Source: Xylographa opegraphella (Eukaryota). Taken from it: a DNA stretch of 64,000 bases. Location: NCBI GenBank assembly GCA_022813865.1, contig JALDZX010000011.1, forward strand, positions 186,001 through 250,000, read 5' to 3'. The notes beneath the pieces are model-generated. The model made no database searches. It was not told where the DNA came from and worked only from the letters and a program-made list of their open reading frames with translations. Position numbers and translations under genes: made by a program. Every line of letters starts with the position of its first letter. Position 1 is the stretch's first letter. This document shows, in pieces, positions 40,825-52,645 of this stretch.

Positions 40825-42365
40825 CTATGATACATTTCCCGCCCATTCATCCATCACACTCGCTCCCAACCTCTCGCTCTCCCCGCCCACCTCGTAGACC
40901 TTCACCAGCGCGCCCTCTCCCCCCTTCTCAAGGTCGATCCCGAACACGTAAAAATGCCCCTCGTTCGTCACCACCATTACCTGAGGACTATTGCTACTCA
41001 TCGCTACCACGCTCCTCAGCGGCACCCCGCTGCCCGCTCCCATTCCGCCTCCGGACCCGGTAGCCGACGACGGGGAGCCTGCTTTCGGAATCTTACACCA
41101 CGCGAAGTCGCGTGTCGGCTCCCACATCTCCGCTACGGCGGTAGGTAGGTATGCGCCGGCCGCGGTGGCGAGCGAGGAGCCGACATTTTGTGAGGTGCGC
41201 CGGATCATGCCCATCAGTGTGCCATTGTGCTTTCGCAAGGCCGCTGCGGAGACGGAATCGGACGGCGGAGTACTGCCTTGGAATGAGAAGTCTGGCTGAG
41301 AGTCGGATGCTGCGGGGCTGATGGAGCGGTCTCGGCCAGTTCGGAGGCCTAGAGTGGGATATGTAGGCGGTGGGTCGTCATGTGATGGCCGTCGGTGGGG
41401 CGAGGGCCCGCCGAGCTTGAAAATGTGGACTGTCTCTGTTGCTGAGGAGACACATAGTAGGGATGAGGTGGTGTTGAAGGACATGCAGTAAATATGAGCG
41501 GGCATACTACCGCGGCGGAACTGGTAGAGTTTGTCGGCTTTGGGGAGAGAGAAGACACGCACAATGGTGCCTTTGTCGGAGGCAGTGGCAAGCAGAGTCC
41601 CAGTATTGTTGATACAGATGCAGGAGAGAGGAGAGCGATGCGCCACGACAACGTTGACGGCTTCCAGTTTAGTAGCATCGAATAGGAGCACGTCACCTGT
41701 GGTGGGTGGTATGTGATTACTGCCTGGAGGGGCATGTGACGGAGCGGCGAAGGTGGAGGGAAGAGCTTTGTGAGGGAGCGGATAGGCGAGGTAATTGTTC
41801 TCTGAGGAAGAGGAGAGAGCACAGATTGCTGCGTAAAGTTGGTCAAGACGGCGGCAAGGACTTAAAGGGAGAGGGGTGTATACCTTGTGGGTTCGGAGAC
41901 GTCTCGATGGTATGAAGGAGCTTCATGTTGCTAATCTCGTAAAGGTAGATCAAGTCTTCTAGGATAACGACAAGCCGTTTTCTGTTCAGCCTGACGGCGA
42001 GCACTGTTGTGGGAAATGTGAGATCGCATATTGTCTGTCGTTTCTGAGACTTGTAAGCCTCTATCACAGCGCTGAGCCGTGGGTATCACGGCAAGGTGAA
42101 ATACTTTTGTGTGTAACATCCGTAGCTTCCGAGGTGACAGGACTAAAGCGACCAGAGAGGTGGAGAACAGCATCTCCAAGATGGCAATATCGCCATCCTT
42201 GGACTCCGAAACCTTCGAGAAGGGATCTGTTGTGTAGATACGGTAGCCACGGGAGGTTGCTGTTGCATCCCTTGATTAGCACGAGATGGCTTTTTGCGTG
42301 GATAATAATGTACCAACAGCCAAGTGACTATGATCTTGATTAAAGGTCACAAAGTTCATAGACAT
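40825..42365 (-). CDS. ATG18: Autophagy PROPPIN Atg18
   Basis: [49 protein letters not shown]3P-binding [13 protein letters not shown]. Confidence 0.95.
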
Positions 42366-42871
42366 TGCGCTGTGCACTCGGGAGCGTGGGCTTCATGAAT
42401 GTCCGAGAGTGGTCCCGGTGTCTGGAAATGTTCGACTTAGGTCATTCGTTGTATCTATTAAGCTTCGAGTTCGGATTTGTGACAATCATACAATGGCTGA
42501 CATGCAGAGATAATGTGACAGACCAGCTTACTGTGGAGATCACATGATGGAGGTGAAGTGCTCGTGCTTCCTCTCCTCCCACAGGCGTGGAAGCTATATC
42601 CGCGTACGATGGCCAAGACCACCTTATGGTACAGAAGCCCTAAGCCCTATGTACAACCTTAAGTTGGGACTAAGTTAGGGCGGCCCGACTCATTACGCCG
42701 GCCTGGTAATCATCGCTTATGCTGCATCAACTTATCAACGATTTTGTTGAAAATCCAGGGGGTTAGCAGCCTGTGTTGTCGGCTTGTACTATAGCCAATT
42801 AGGACTAGCTTAGTACAGGACTCGAAGAGTCTTCTGAAGCTTCCGCTTCAGGAGAACTCTTCACCTTCTTA

Positions 42872-42934
42872 GTGATTAAGCAATGCACTGCTATCTGCTG
42901 CCAAAACCCCTGTGCCTAGTGATTAAATTCAACA
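42872..42934 (+). repeat. 63-bp exact repeat, copy 1 (copy 2 at 63462-63524)
   Basis: GTGATTAAGCAATGCACTGCTATCTGCTGCCAAAACCCCTGTGCCTAGTGATTAAATTCAACA is identical at both sites. Confidence 0.97.
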
Positions 42935-42966
42935 GATTTCATGTTAGCCGAATATAAAATTCCAAG

Positions 42967-45900
42967 ATGTCTCAGCCCAGTGCGCATCGGAATACATTTC
43001 ACCCGGGAAGCCGGGCGGTGAGCGCGTATAGTCCAATCCCTAGTGATATGGAACCACAGACTCATACAACAGTAATGTTGTTGGATTCTGAGACCCATGC
43101 AGCAGAGGCTGGATGGGGATCCAAAAAGCCGAAGAGGCACAGGAAAGCTAGAGCTGATGAGTCTGTCATGGGGGTCAGTAATGAAGTACTGAATAGTGAT
43201 TCCGCTGAGGAGGAGAATAGACCAATGATGCCAGTATCGTTTCCAAGCGGGATGTGGAGAAATGCTATGCTTACCCCTTTCCTCATGTCTACCGTAATTT
43301 TGTCAAGAAGCCCAAGCGGCGAAGTCCATTGATACATCGAGGCTATTTCTTCCGCATGTATGCCATCGAGAAAGTGGTGAAAAGATTTCTTAGCGAACCG
43401 TCAGGGAAGAGAAAGGTCGTCTTGAACCTAGGATGTGGCTAGTATGTGAACAGTTTATGGTAAAATATGAAGTTCCTATGATGACTGGTCGACAGCGATG
43501 CTCTTCCTTTCCAGATACTGGCCAAAGCCAATACAATATGTCACAACACAACTTTTGTTGACGTGGATTATCCAAGTTTAATGGCAACCAAAGCAACGAT
43601 CATCAAGGAGCAGGATGAGCTCCGAGACTTACTTCAGAATGAAATGGATTCGATTAATCCAGAAGCTGTCCCGCTCCGTAGTGAAAACTATGTAGCCATT
43701 GGATGCGACCTAAGCAATGTGGATCAGCTGGACCAAATCCTCCGTGCAGAGTTACCGCTGGAGCAGTGTAAGATACTTGTAGTAGCTGAAGTATCAATAA
43801 CTTATATGGATCTCTCTGCGGCGGATGCAGTCATCAGTTATACTGCCGGTCTAGGAGACGGTGAGCTGACTTTCTGCTTCCATCGCTCCTTACATTGACA
43901 ACTGCACAGTACGTTTCTGCCTACTCGAGCAGATGCTACCGGTCGGACCTTCCCACCCCTTTGCAGTACAAATGCAAGGACATTTTGAAAAACTCAATAC
44001 TCCTCTAAAGTCGATTCATAAGTATCCAACCCCGAGGCATCAGGCGCAACGCTTCAAGGAACGCAACTGGTTGTCCGTCTCTTCGAGAAGCTTATGGGAT
44101 CTATGGTGCGACTCAAGCTTTATATCAGCACGTCAAAGATCTTCACTCAATGCCTTCGAGCCATTCGACGAATGGGAGGCGTTCACCCTCTTCACATCTC
44201 ACTATGTTCTTTTGGTAGCCTCCAATACCGCGAAGGCGATGACCTTTGACTATAACACCGAATCTACATATCTAGGCTCAGACGATAATACGAATGACTA
44301 CGACGCGAATGCAGTACCATTTGTGCCAGATACGCGCATGCCACAGCAACCGAAGGAAACCATACGAACACATGGCGCGTTATACAAAGGACGGCGTGAT
44401 GAGTTTTATCATTATGGCGGATTCGGGGAAGTGAAGCGTCTCGACACCACGGACGTATACACTCCTAAGCACACAACACCATACTATGATGGAGGATTGC
44501 CCAGTGCTATGGAGCCACGGATGTGTCATACGGCGACGACGTTGCCTCGGCCGAACCAAGATGGATCTTACGACTGTCTCATCGTGGGCGGTAGAGCATC
44601 GCCGGAACATGCGCTAGCTGACGCTTGGCTGTACCGGAACCACAATTGGCACCAGGTGGAAAGCCTCCCGCAAGGTCGCTATAGGCACTCCGCTACAAGC
44701 CTTGTTGACGAAGGCGGCGAGCAGGTTGTCTTGGTATACGGTGGCAGATCAAGTGATGGTGCGGCGCTCAAAAGTTGGCTTTACTGGCATGACAAGCTTG
44801 GCTGGACAGAAATTTTATGTGAGGATATCTCCTTGAGGCCGCGCTTTGGTGCGAGTATGATTTCGACCGGTCCCAATATCGGAATATTGCTTGGGGGAAT
44901 GTCAGAAGATGGGATCGTTATTCCCGAGTTCTGGCAGTGGGAAATCGACTTTAAGCTCGAGCCTCCTCGAGTCAGGCTTGGTGCCCATCGTTTCTATCCA
45001 ACTCTCCTACAGCAAACTGTATGCAGATTTGGTGCGTCCATCACCTCAGGCCCAAAGTCTGTTTTTATAGTCGGGGGTGTCGCTTGCTACGGATGCTTGC
45101 CACTGTCACACGAGTTTCTCGAACTAGATCCAGATTCACTTGAGGTGTGGCCGATGGACTTACAGATGCAGACCTTTGAAGGAGTCCCGGTCCCTTTGTT
45201 GATTGGGCACAGTTCGGTGTGGGATGGAGACGGCCTAGCAATTGTTGGTGGCGCAGTGGTCTGCTTCTCCTTCGGAAGCTTCTCTAACATTGGTGTTTGG
45301 AGAGTGTCCCAAGATGGAAATATTGAGTATAATCCTTGGTATCTGTGTTTGGAGAAGGATCAACTACCGCGACCAGAACCAGTCCCGAAACGGATCAAGT
45401 TAACTATCCACAACAGGTACGAATGGCCTGCCGGTCCAGGAACTGTCCCCACACCGGTTCCCCGAGAACGCCTTGCGCGAGCTGGCCGATTCGAACGCAT
45501 TGTCAACAAATCCGAGCCGGTGGTGATCGAGGGTCTGGGAGTGGGCCCGTGCACTACCAGATGGACTACGGAATACTTGAAACGGCAAATCGGGCCCGAC
45601 CGACAGGTGAGTACCTTAAGCATGGCCATGGATGGTCGACTCATCCCATTACTAGGTGATCATACACCAGGCAGAGAGCCGGGACATGAACTTCCAGACG
45701 AAGAACTTCACCTACGTTACCAAAGATTTTGGGAGTTTCATAGACGAGATCTCGGCTGGACAGACACAATACTTGAGGTCTCTTTCGAAGACTGAGCCAG
45801 CAGGCGCGCCGGCCAACATCGCGATCGATTATCCTCCAATCGCCGACGATTTCAGGCTGCCATCACAACTGCAGATGGTGATGCAGAACTGTCATAGCTC

Positions 45901-46470
45901 AGTGCTCCGGATCTCGGGTCCTGTCACCATGTGGCTTCACTACGATGTTCGTGATGGTCGAATTCTCGCACGCCATCAGAGATGAGCGCTAATCCGACGC
46001 AGGTCATGGCGAATGTACTCTGCCAAGTCCGAGGGATGAAACGGCTGCTGCTATTCCCGCCTTCAGATATCAGGCATCTGCAGATCCCGTTCGGCGAATC
46101 AAGCTCTTCGACCAACGTGTTCGCAGCCGATGCCCTGAGCGACGGAAGCCTGGCGGAGACCCATCCTGTAGAAGCTGTCCTGCAGCCGGGCGACATACTG
46201 TTCATCCCTCCACTATGGGCTCACTCAGCATGTCCGACGGAGGGTGTCAGTGTTGCCGTCAACGTCTTCTTCAGAACCATTGCGACGGGGTATGCTGCGG
46301 GTCGGGATGTCTATGGCAACCGGGACATCCAGGCGGCCGAGGATGGCAGACGAGACGTCGAGAAGATCGCCAAGAGGTTTATCGGGATCCCGGCCAGCAT
46401 GAGCAAGTTCTACCTGGAACGCCTTGCCGCAGAGCTGCTCGAAAAGGCAGCCAAGTTGGGCGCAGCATGA
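42967..46470 (+). CDS. PPM2: tRNA wybutosine-synthesising protein 4 (LCM methyltransferase + Kelch repeats) with C-terminal JmjC domain
   Basis: VMG|TNDASIVSKR, RRSPLIHRGY, VLNLGCG, VDVDYP, AEVSITYM, EPFDEWE; Kelch-like GG motifs; JmjC WLHYD...QVRGMKR...GDILFIPPLWAH; YAAGRDVYGNRD. Start codon uncertain. Confidence 0.92.
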
Positions 46471-47599
46471 AGGTCGATGCATATAGTACACGAGTCCTAT
46501 CAAGCAGCAACCCTGGTGTGATGGTGTGGGCGTCGAAAGGTGGGTTGGCTACGGGTACCGTACCTTAGGTATGGTTCATGACCGTGGCCAGAAGAGATCG
46601 CCGATGCATCCCGGGCGGATGCGGCAGTGGATGCGGAGACACCTTCACTACCTTAGTTGGTGGAGGTGCACCGGGACTTTCTGCCAGGGACGTCGGGATT
46701 GACAGCAAAGCCTTGACCTCCGGTAGATAGCACAGCGCCGAGGGTAGAATCATGAGGTCCAGTATTCGTGCCCGTCCGCACGTCGTCTCTTCTCGTGCAA
46801 CTGGCCCCGCATGCTGTTGGTGTGGGAGGCGACCGTTGCAGATCAATCGATTTAGCGAGCTGCCAAGGGTGCCAAGCTGCCAAGCTGCAGGGAATTGCGT
46901 AAAGCTTGAAGCTGCTAGCGGCCCCGCTAAGCTGGATGCGAATGGCGGGGTCGACAACCGCAATCGAGCAGGGCAGAGAGGGGCGGCGCATGATTGGCTG
47001 GTTGATCGCTGGCTCGGTCTCCAACCTCGCCCAATTCCTCCACGTCTCGTCCACCCTGCACCCGGCACACCATCTGCTCCTCTGTCTCTGCTTCTCTCTC
47101 TCTCTCTTCTTCATCTCCAACTCTTCGCCCCGACCAATTCTCCCTGCTTCATGCAATGAATGGTGCCATAACATGACCGGCGGACTACAGGCGAGCTCCA
47201 AGCTGCCACTGGGACGATGCATTGATGTTCTGGCTGGCCCTTATCTCTCTGCCTTCACGTGCTATCGACATTGCCACCACTGAGGTACTTTTCCGCCCCA
47301 TCTGCTTCTGTACAAAGCGTAGATTACCCCTACTTTCAATGGCTGTGCTAAATTCATCTCCAAAGCTCTGTTCTCCCGTCTCGAGTCCTACCTTTTTCGA
47401 GTCCCGGGAATCGACAGCAATTGATGGCAACGCCGTCCGGATGACCCACATGAAGCTTTTACTTGCAGTGCACTGAAACCCCTCTATAACGTTCCAGACC
47501 TCTCGCCTGCTTTCCGGACAACAAAAGCTCGCCTTTCTTTCACTTCCTTCATACCTTGTCTTGTTGGCGATCCCAATCTTCGCTTCCCTCTCCTATATA

Positions 47600-49893
47600 A
47601 TGGCTACGCTGGTCGTTCAACAAACGCCCGTCCGCCCGTCCAGATCTCCTTCACCGCATACTCACGGTCTGACTCTTGATACCTCCAAGTTTAAAGCAAC
47701 CCCAATTCCGAACAAGCATATTCCGTACTGCTCTCCAGGGCCTGCCCCTTCGACTCAGTTGCGAACACCTGCCACGCCGCCTGCCTCTCCTCCTTCAAAG
47801 CAACCTAGCATACAAACCTTCTCCATACTTCATCCCGTCGACCAACATTCCAAAGTCATTGAAAACCCACCTGTATACTCTATCAATGCCGCTACCCTGT
47901 CTCGGGCAATCAACTGCGCAGCATCACAACCGCTACCGGACCCGAAGCTTGTGTTTCCTTGGCTACACGGATTGCATCCGGAGAACCAGATCCAGCTAGC
48001 TTTCTTCATTGCGCGCCGCAAAGCATTTCGCAAGACACCGACAGGCATCCGAGGTATCACCATCGTCAAAGCAGGTGGGGACACTTCCAAGTCGAAGCTG
48101 AAGGGTGCACTGTCACCACAGGAGCTCTTGTCGCCTAACGGCCTAAAAGACCCTGCATTCTACGATGTTGATCCAAAGGAAGGCTTTTCGGTACGGAACT
48201 TCCACATTCAAGCTGCGAAAATGGCCATGGTCTCGGACATCATTGTGTATGGAGATGAAAATCCGAAGGCGGATGAGGTACGCAATCTTGCCAAGAAATT
48301 CTCTCGTGCCCAAAAAGTATACAGGGAGAACCTTGGTGGGGAAGGTTTGGAGATTCCTGCATTTGAAACTTTTGTGGTTTCCGGTAAGATAATGGTTTCG
48401 CATCGGATTTCAATGTGGCTGATCTTACGTTTCAGATTCTTTTGCTGAGTTGGAGAGAAATCATCCGGAGCTTGTAGCGATAAACTCCAAGGGGGAGATG
48501 ACAGGCAATGTAATGGACTTCTGTAAGCTGTTGGCTCTCGGGAGTGTCTACTATGGCTGATACCGGCGTAAAAGTCCAGTGTGAGCGGCAAGAGATGTGC
48601 GCCATGTCAAAGGCTTCTGAAATTTCTAATAATGTTTGGCTGGGTCCGACACCCGAATCTACACTTTGTTCCCCTTCAGATATGGAATACGATCCTGAAG
48701 AGTTCGATATTTATATCGAAGCAAGTGATGTGGCAAGAATTCCTGACAAAAAAATCTTAGCTCGCATAGCCGAGCTCAGCAGTTCCAGTCCTCAATATCT
48801 CGAATTTCCATCGTCGGGAAGCATTATGCCTCCTACATGGTCTCATGCTGAAGTGGACGGCTTGCTTGACACATGTAAATGGATATATAGACTGGTAAAT
48901 CCGGGTCTGACTCCCAATTCAAGTGATGATGGCGAACAGGATAGCGAAGGCGACATCCCAATGAAAACGATGTTTCCAAGGCCTCGCAGGATACTCATAC
49001 ATTGTACAGATGGCTATACTGAAAGCTCTTTGCTTGCTCTAACGTATTTCATGTACGCCGAATGTGTACCAGTACACGAAGCATGGATTCGCCTGCATTG
49101 TGAGAAAATGCGCAACTTCTTCTCTTATCCATCGGATGTCGCACTTCTTAAGTCGATTCAACCTCGGATCATTCAAGAATCCCCGCTCGGTCAGGGCGGT
49201 ATTCCTTCTTTCTCACCTGATGAGCCGGTGTGGCTGAAGCGAATCGATGGCAGTCTGCCCAGCCGCATTCTACCGTATATGTACTTGGGCAATCTGAATC
49301 ACGCAAACAATCCGGAATTGTTGATAGCTATGGGTATTAGGAGAGTGTTGAGTGTGGGGGAACCTGTCAATTGGTCCGAAGAGAAAATGCGCAGATGGGG
49401 TGTCGAGAATCTACTGTTCGTGGATCGGGTTCAGGACAACGGTGTTGATCCTTTGACGGATGAGTTTGACCGGTGTTTGGAGTTCATTGGTATATTTCTT
49501 GAGGCCTGATATGTGACGGGTCAAGCGCTAATGAGATATGTAGAGAAAGGAAAAGCTGAGGGTACAGCGACGCTGGTCCATTGCCGTGTCGGCGTTTCTC
49601 GATCAGCAACCATATGTATAGCAGAGGTTATGGCTTCAATGGGAATGTCATTCCCTCGAGCTTAGTAAGTCCCTCCGTATTTCGTGGAGAGGCCAAGCTG
49701 ACTAGCTAGCTGTTTTGTGCGTGCCCGTCGCCTTAATGTAATCATTCAACCACATCTCCGTTTCGCCTACGAGCTTCTCAAGTGGGAGGAGACTCAGCAA
49801 CTGAAGCGTGGACTTCCAATACGGCGAGAGCTGGAGTGGGCATCGATAGCAAGGGAGATTGCGGCAATGAATAAACCATATACGAAAGGATGA
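47600..49893 (+). CDS. PPS1: Dual-specificity phosphatase Pps1
   Basis: VFPWLHGLHPEN, FSVRNFHIQ, LEFPSSGS, IHCTDGYTES, DGSLPSRILPYMYLGNL, catalytic VHCRVGVSRSA, RARRLNVIIQPHLRF. Confidence 0.93.
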
Positions 49894-52002
49894 GTTATTG
49901 ATGGACCGACCCAAGGCGTTACTGGACCCTTCTCTTTGTCTACCCTGTCTTACGAATTGATATGAATTTTAATGGCTTTCTAGGCTGGGTAGGGTTGGGA
50001 CTGGCTAAGGATCTTTGCACAATACATGTGCTATATGCTTGGCTCTCGGAAGGGGTCAGCAGCTCTTCTATGCCAAGGCGCTTTTCCGATTGGCTTGAGA
50101 AAATATGCTAGGTACGAGCTAGTGGAGCTCCAGATCAATCTGGCTCCGATACTTTGAGACCTTCGCTACCTCGCTAGGTATTGCGGCACTGGTGTGCCTC
50201 ATCTAGATAATATACACGCTACAACATCGGACATTCAGAACCATGTATCCACTCTCGAAAAATGGTAGGATACTCCAAATGAATAACCCGCCCCCCCCTA
50301 CCTCTCTCACTCCCACCCCCCTTCCACCCCCCTCAACCTCCGCACAAACGCCCCCCAACTCTCCTCCGCCGTCCGGCTATCATAGCAAACAACCACATCC
50401 TCCACCCGCCCCTCCCCACGACGCCCGCCCTCCGCATCCGGGGCCAGCCCGCCGTCCTTTCGCACGCCGCCTTCGCGTCCAAAGCTGCCGTCGATATGGC
50501 GCGTCGCGGCGGCGAGGTGGGCGAGTGTGGGGAAGGTCTGTGGCTCGGGGAGGTGTCAGGGGAGACTTGTTGGGGGGGGAAGAGAGGGGAAGAGGGGGAT
50601 GCACGAACATCCGCGCTGGGCAGTCGCCGTGGGCTTCGTTGTTGTGCAGCACGGATACGCGCAGGTGGTAGCTTGGGAGGGGGCCCGTGGCGGTGGTGGA
50701 GGGGTGTTGTTGCCATAGGTGGTGGGGGGCGGGCGGGGAGGGAGGGAGGGTCGGGACGGGGACGGGGTTGAGGGGCGGTGAGGTGCTTTGGGCCATTGCT
50801 TTGTTTTTTCGAAGTGGGGTGTGGCGCTTTGGTGAAATGGGAGGTGGGGAGGGGGAGGAGATGTGCTGCTTCTGGTCTGAATGAGGACTCGAATGAGGGG
50901 TATGTGAGGATGGATGGATGGGTAAGGGATACTCCGTGAGTGGAGTGGGCAGGCGCTTGATTGATACTACTGGAGCGAGAAAGAGCGCGTCGACGACCAC
51001 TGTCTTATAGCGTTTAGAAGCCGTGTGGATTGGGGGGTTTGTGGGAATCCGGAGATGGCCGCCTCTCCTGTCTTTGCCATTGTCTGGTCATGGTCACGCC
51101 ACGGGGGAGAGAGAGGTTGAAGGACTGTCAGCGTTGCTTGTGGTAGGGTTTTCCTGGAGTGAGGGTGGGCTGACAGTCGAGTGTCCTGTGGAGATGGGGA
51201 GTCTTCGTTGCCCGTTTATGATTATGCTGTCTACCCACGCCTCCCCCTCGGGCTGTTATGGGGAGACGTAGGTGGTGAATGTGGTTCAGGCACCGCAGCC
51301 AATGACGTCGTGGCATGGTTTGGCCGACTGAGATCTATCCTAGTGATGGTTCGGTATTTAGGAATTTCCTCAACTCGGGCGTGCAAGTGAACCGTTATTG
51401 TGTGTGCTGGCAAGCCCTTGTAGAGTACACGGCTATGGTCATCGTGTTGCGATCTGCCTGGTCGCGACTACGTCTTTCCACACCCCTCTGATATCTTTTG
51501 TCACAAGGATCCGAAGCTCAAAGGACAATGTCCAAAAGACGACCGACGAGTCCCCCACCATCCTCACACTTGCCTACGGACGGCCATCTTTGGTAAACTA
51601 CGAATCACAGGGCACGGCTCACATCACAAGTGTTCATATCACGCAGTCACTCACGCTCATGCAATCCATCCGTAACCAGAGCAAAAAATGCTTGACATTC
51701 GCTGCCAGCAAAGAACTTTTCCGCGTCCTACGCGTTATGCAAACTCGCAATCCCATCGCAGTACAAAGCAGTCGCAAACCCCGATGTCTAGAAAACACGC
51801 GCGAAGCAAAAGTACCCGTCGTTCATTTCCGTCGCCCCTCTCGCGCAGCTGGGTATCTCTCGCCTCGTTGAACAAATCGCCACCCACAAAGCTGCCACCC
51901 AAGAAAGCTCCACACACACGGAAAAAAGTATCCACACGAAACAAGAAGGTCGTCGTCTTCGTCACGTCCCCGTCACCGTTGTCCAAACAAGTGCTGCTGC
52001 CT

Positions 52003-52279
52003 CGTGCCGATCCAATTGTCCCGGTACCCCCTTCCTTCCTTCCCCAACTGTCAGGTTCGACCCCACACGAGATCAAGCCCGGAGGCGATCTCAAATGTGG
52101 AGAAACACAACGACAGCGGAGGAGGAGATCCGGTCCAAACAACTACTGACTCGTGCCTAACCAATCTCCCCATTCACCCCTTCCTTCCTTCCCAGCTGCC
52201 AGGTTCGACCCCACACGAATCAAGCCCGGAGGCGACTCAAATGTGGAGAAACACAACGGCAGCGGAGAAGGAAATCCGA
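52003..52279 (+). repeat. ~148-bp imperfect tandem duplication, each copy with GGTTCGACCCC
   Basis: Copies start near 52003 and 52151 and share CCTTCCTTCCTTCCC...AGGTTCGACCCCACACGA...TCAAGCCCGGAGGCGA...CTCAAATGTGGAGAAACACAACG. Confidence 0.9.
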
Positions 52280-52319
52280 GGTTCTGGAGAGAGAAGAAGG
52301 TCGAGACAGCGTTGAGTGG

Positions 52320-52460
52320 TGCTGGTTCTGGTGATGATTTCGTCAGCGGCGAAGAAGAGAAGCAATGTTGGTGACTGCTGGTAGTGATATCGTCGGCGAA
52401 GAGGAAGGAAAGGAAGAAAAGTCGGCGACTGCTGGTAGTAATGTCGTCGGCGAAGGAAGT
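52320..52460 (+). repeat. ~57-bp degenerate tandem repeat (2-3 copies)
   Basis: GACTGCTGGTAGTRATRTCGTCGGCGAAG occurs twice, with a weaker upstream copy. Confidence 0.75.
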
Positions 52461-52645
52461 GGAGAATGGTGGCAAACGCAGTCGTCAAAGAAGAAGAGTA
52501 GTAGCAGAAATCGTAAGGAACCGTCGAAAAGGACCCCGGAACGCCAAAGAAGAATCGTGTCGTCGTCAATATCGTACAATGGTTGGCGCCGGCGACGCGC
52601 ATCACCCCCGCCCGTTCCCTCCCTCCCTCCCCACCTCCCCCCACT

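Noticed and set aside
42967..43860. Idea that the LCM methyltransferase is the PP2A methylase paired with nearby PP2A-C
   Set aside because: Kelch and JmjC domains mark it as PPM2/TYW4, not PPM1.
50243..51000. Overlapping Pro/Gly/Arg-rich ORFs on both strands
   Set aside because: GC-skewed low-complexity sequence with few stops; no credible gene model.
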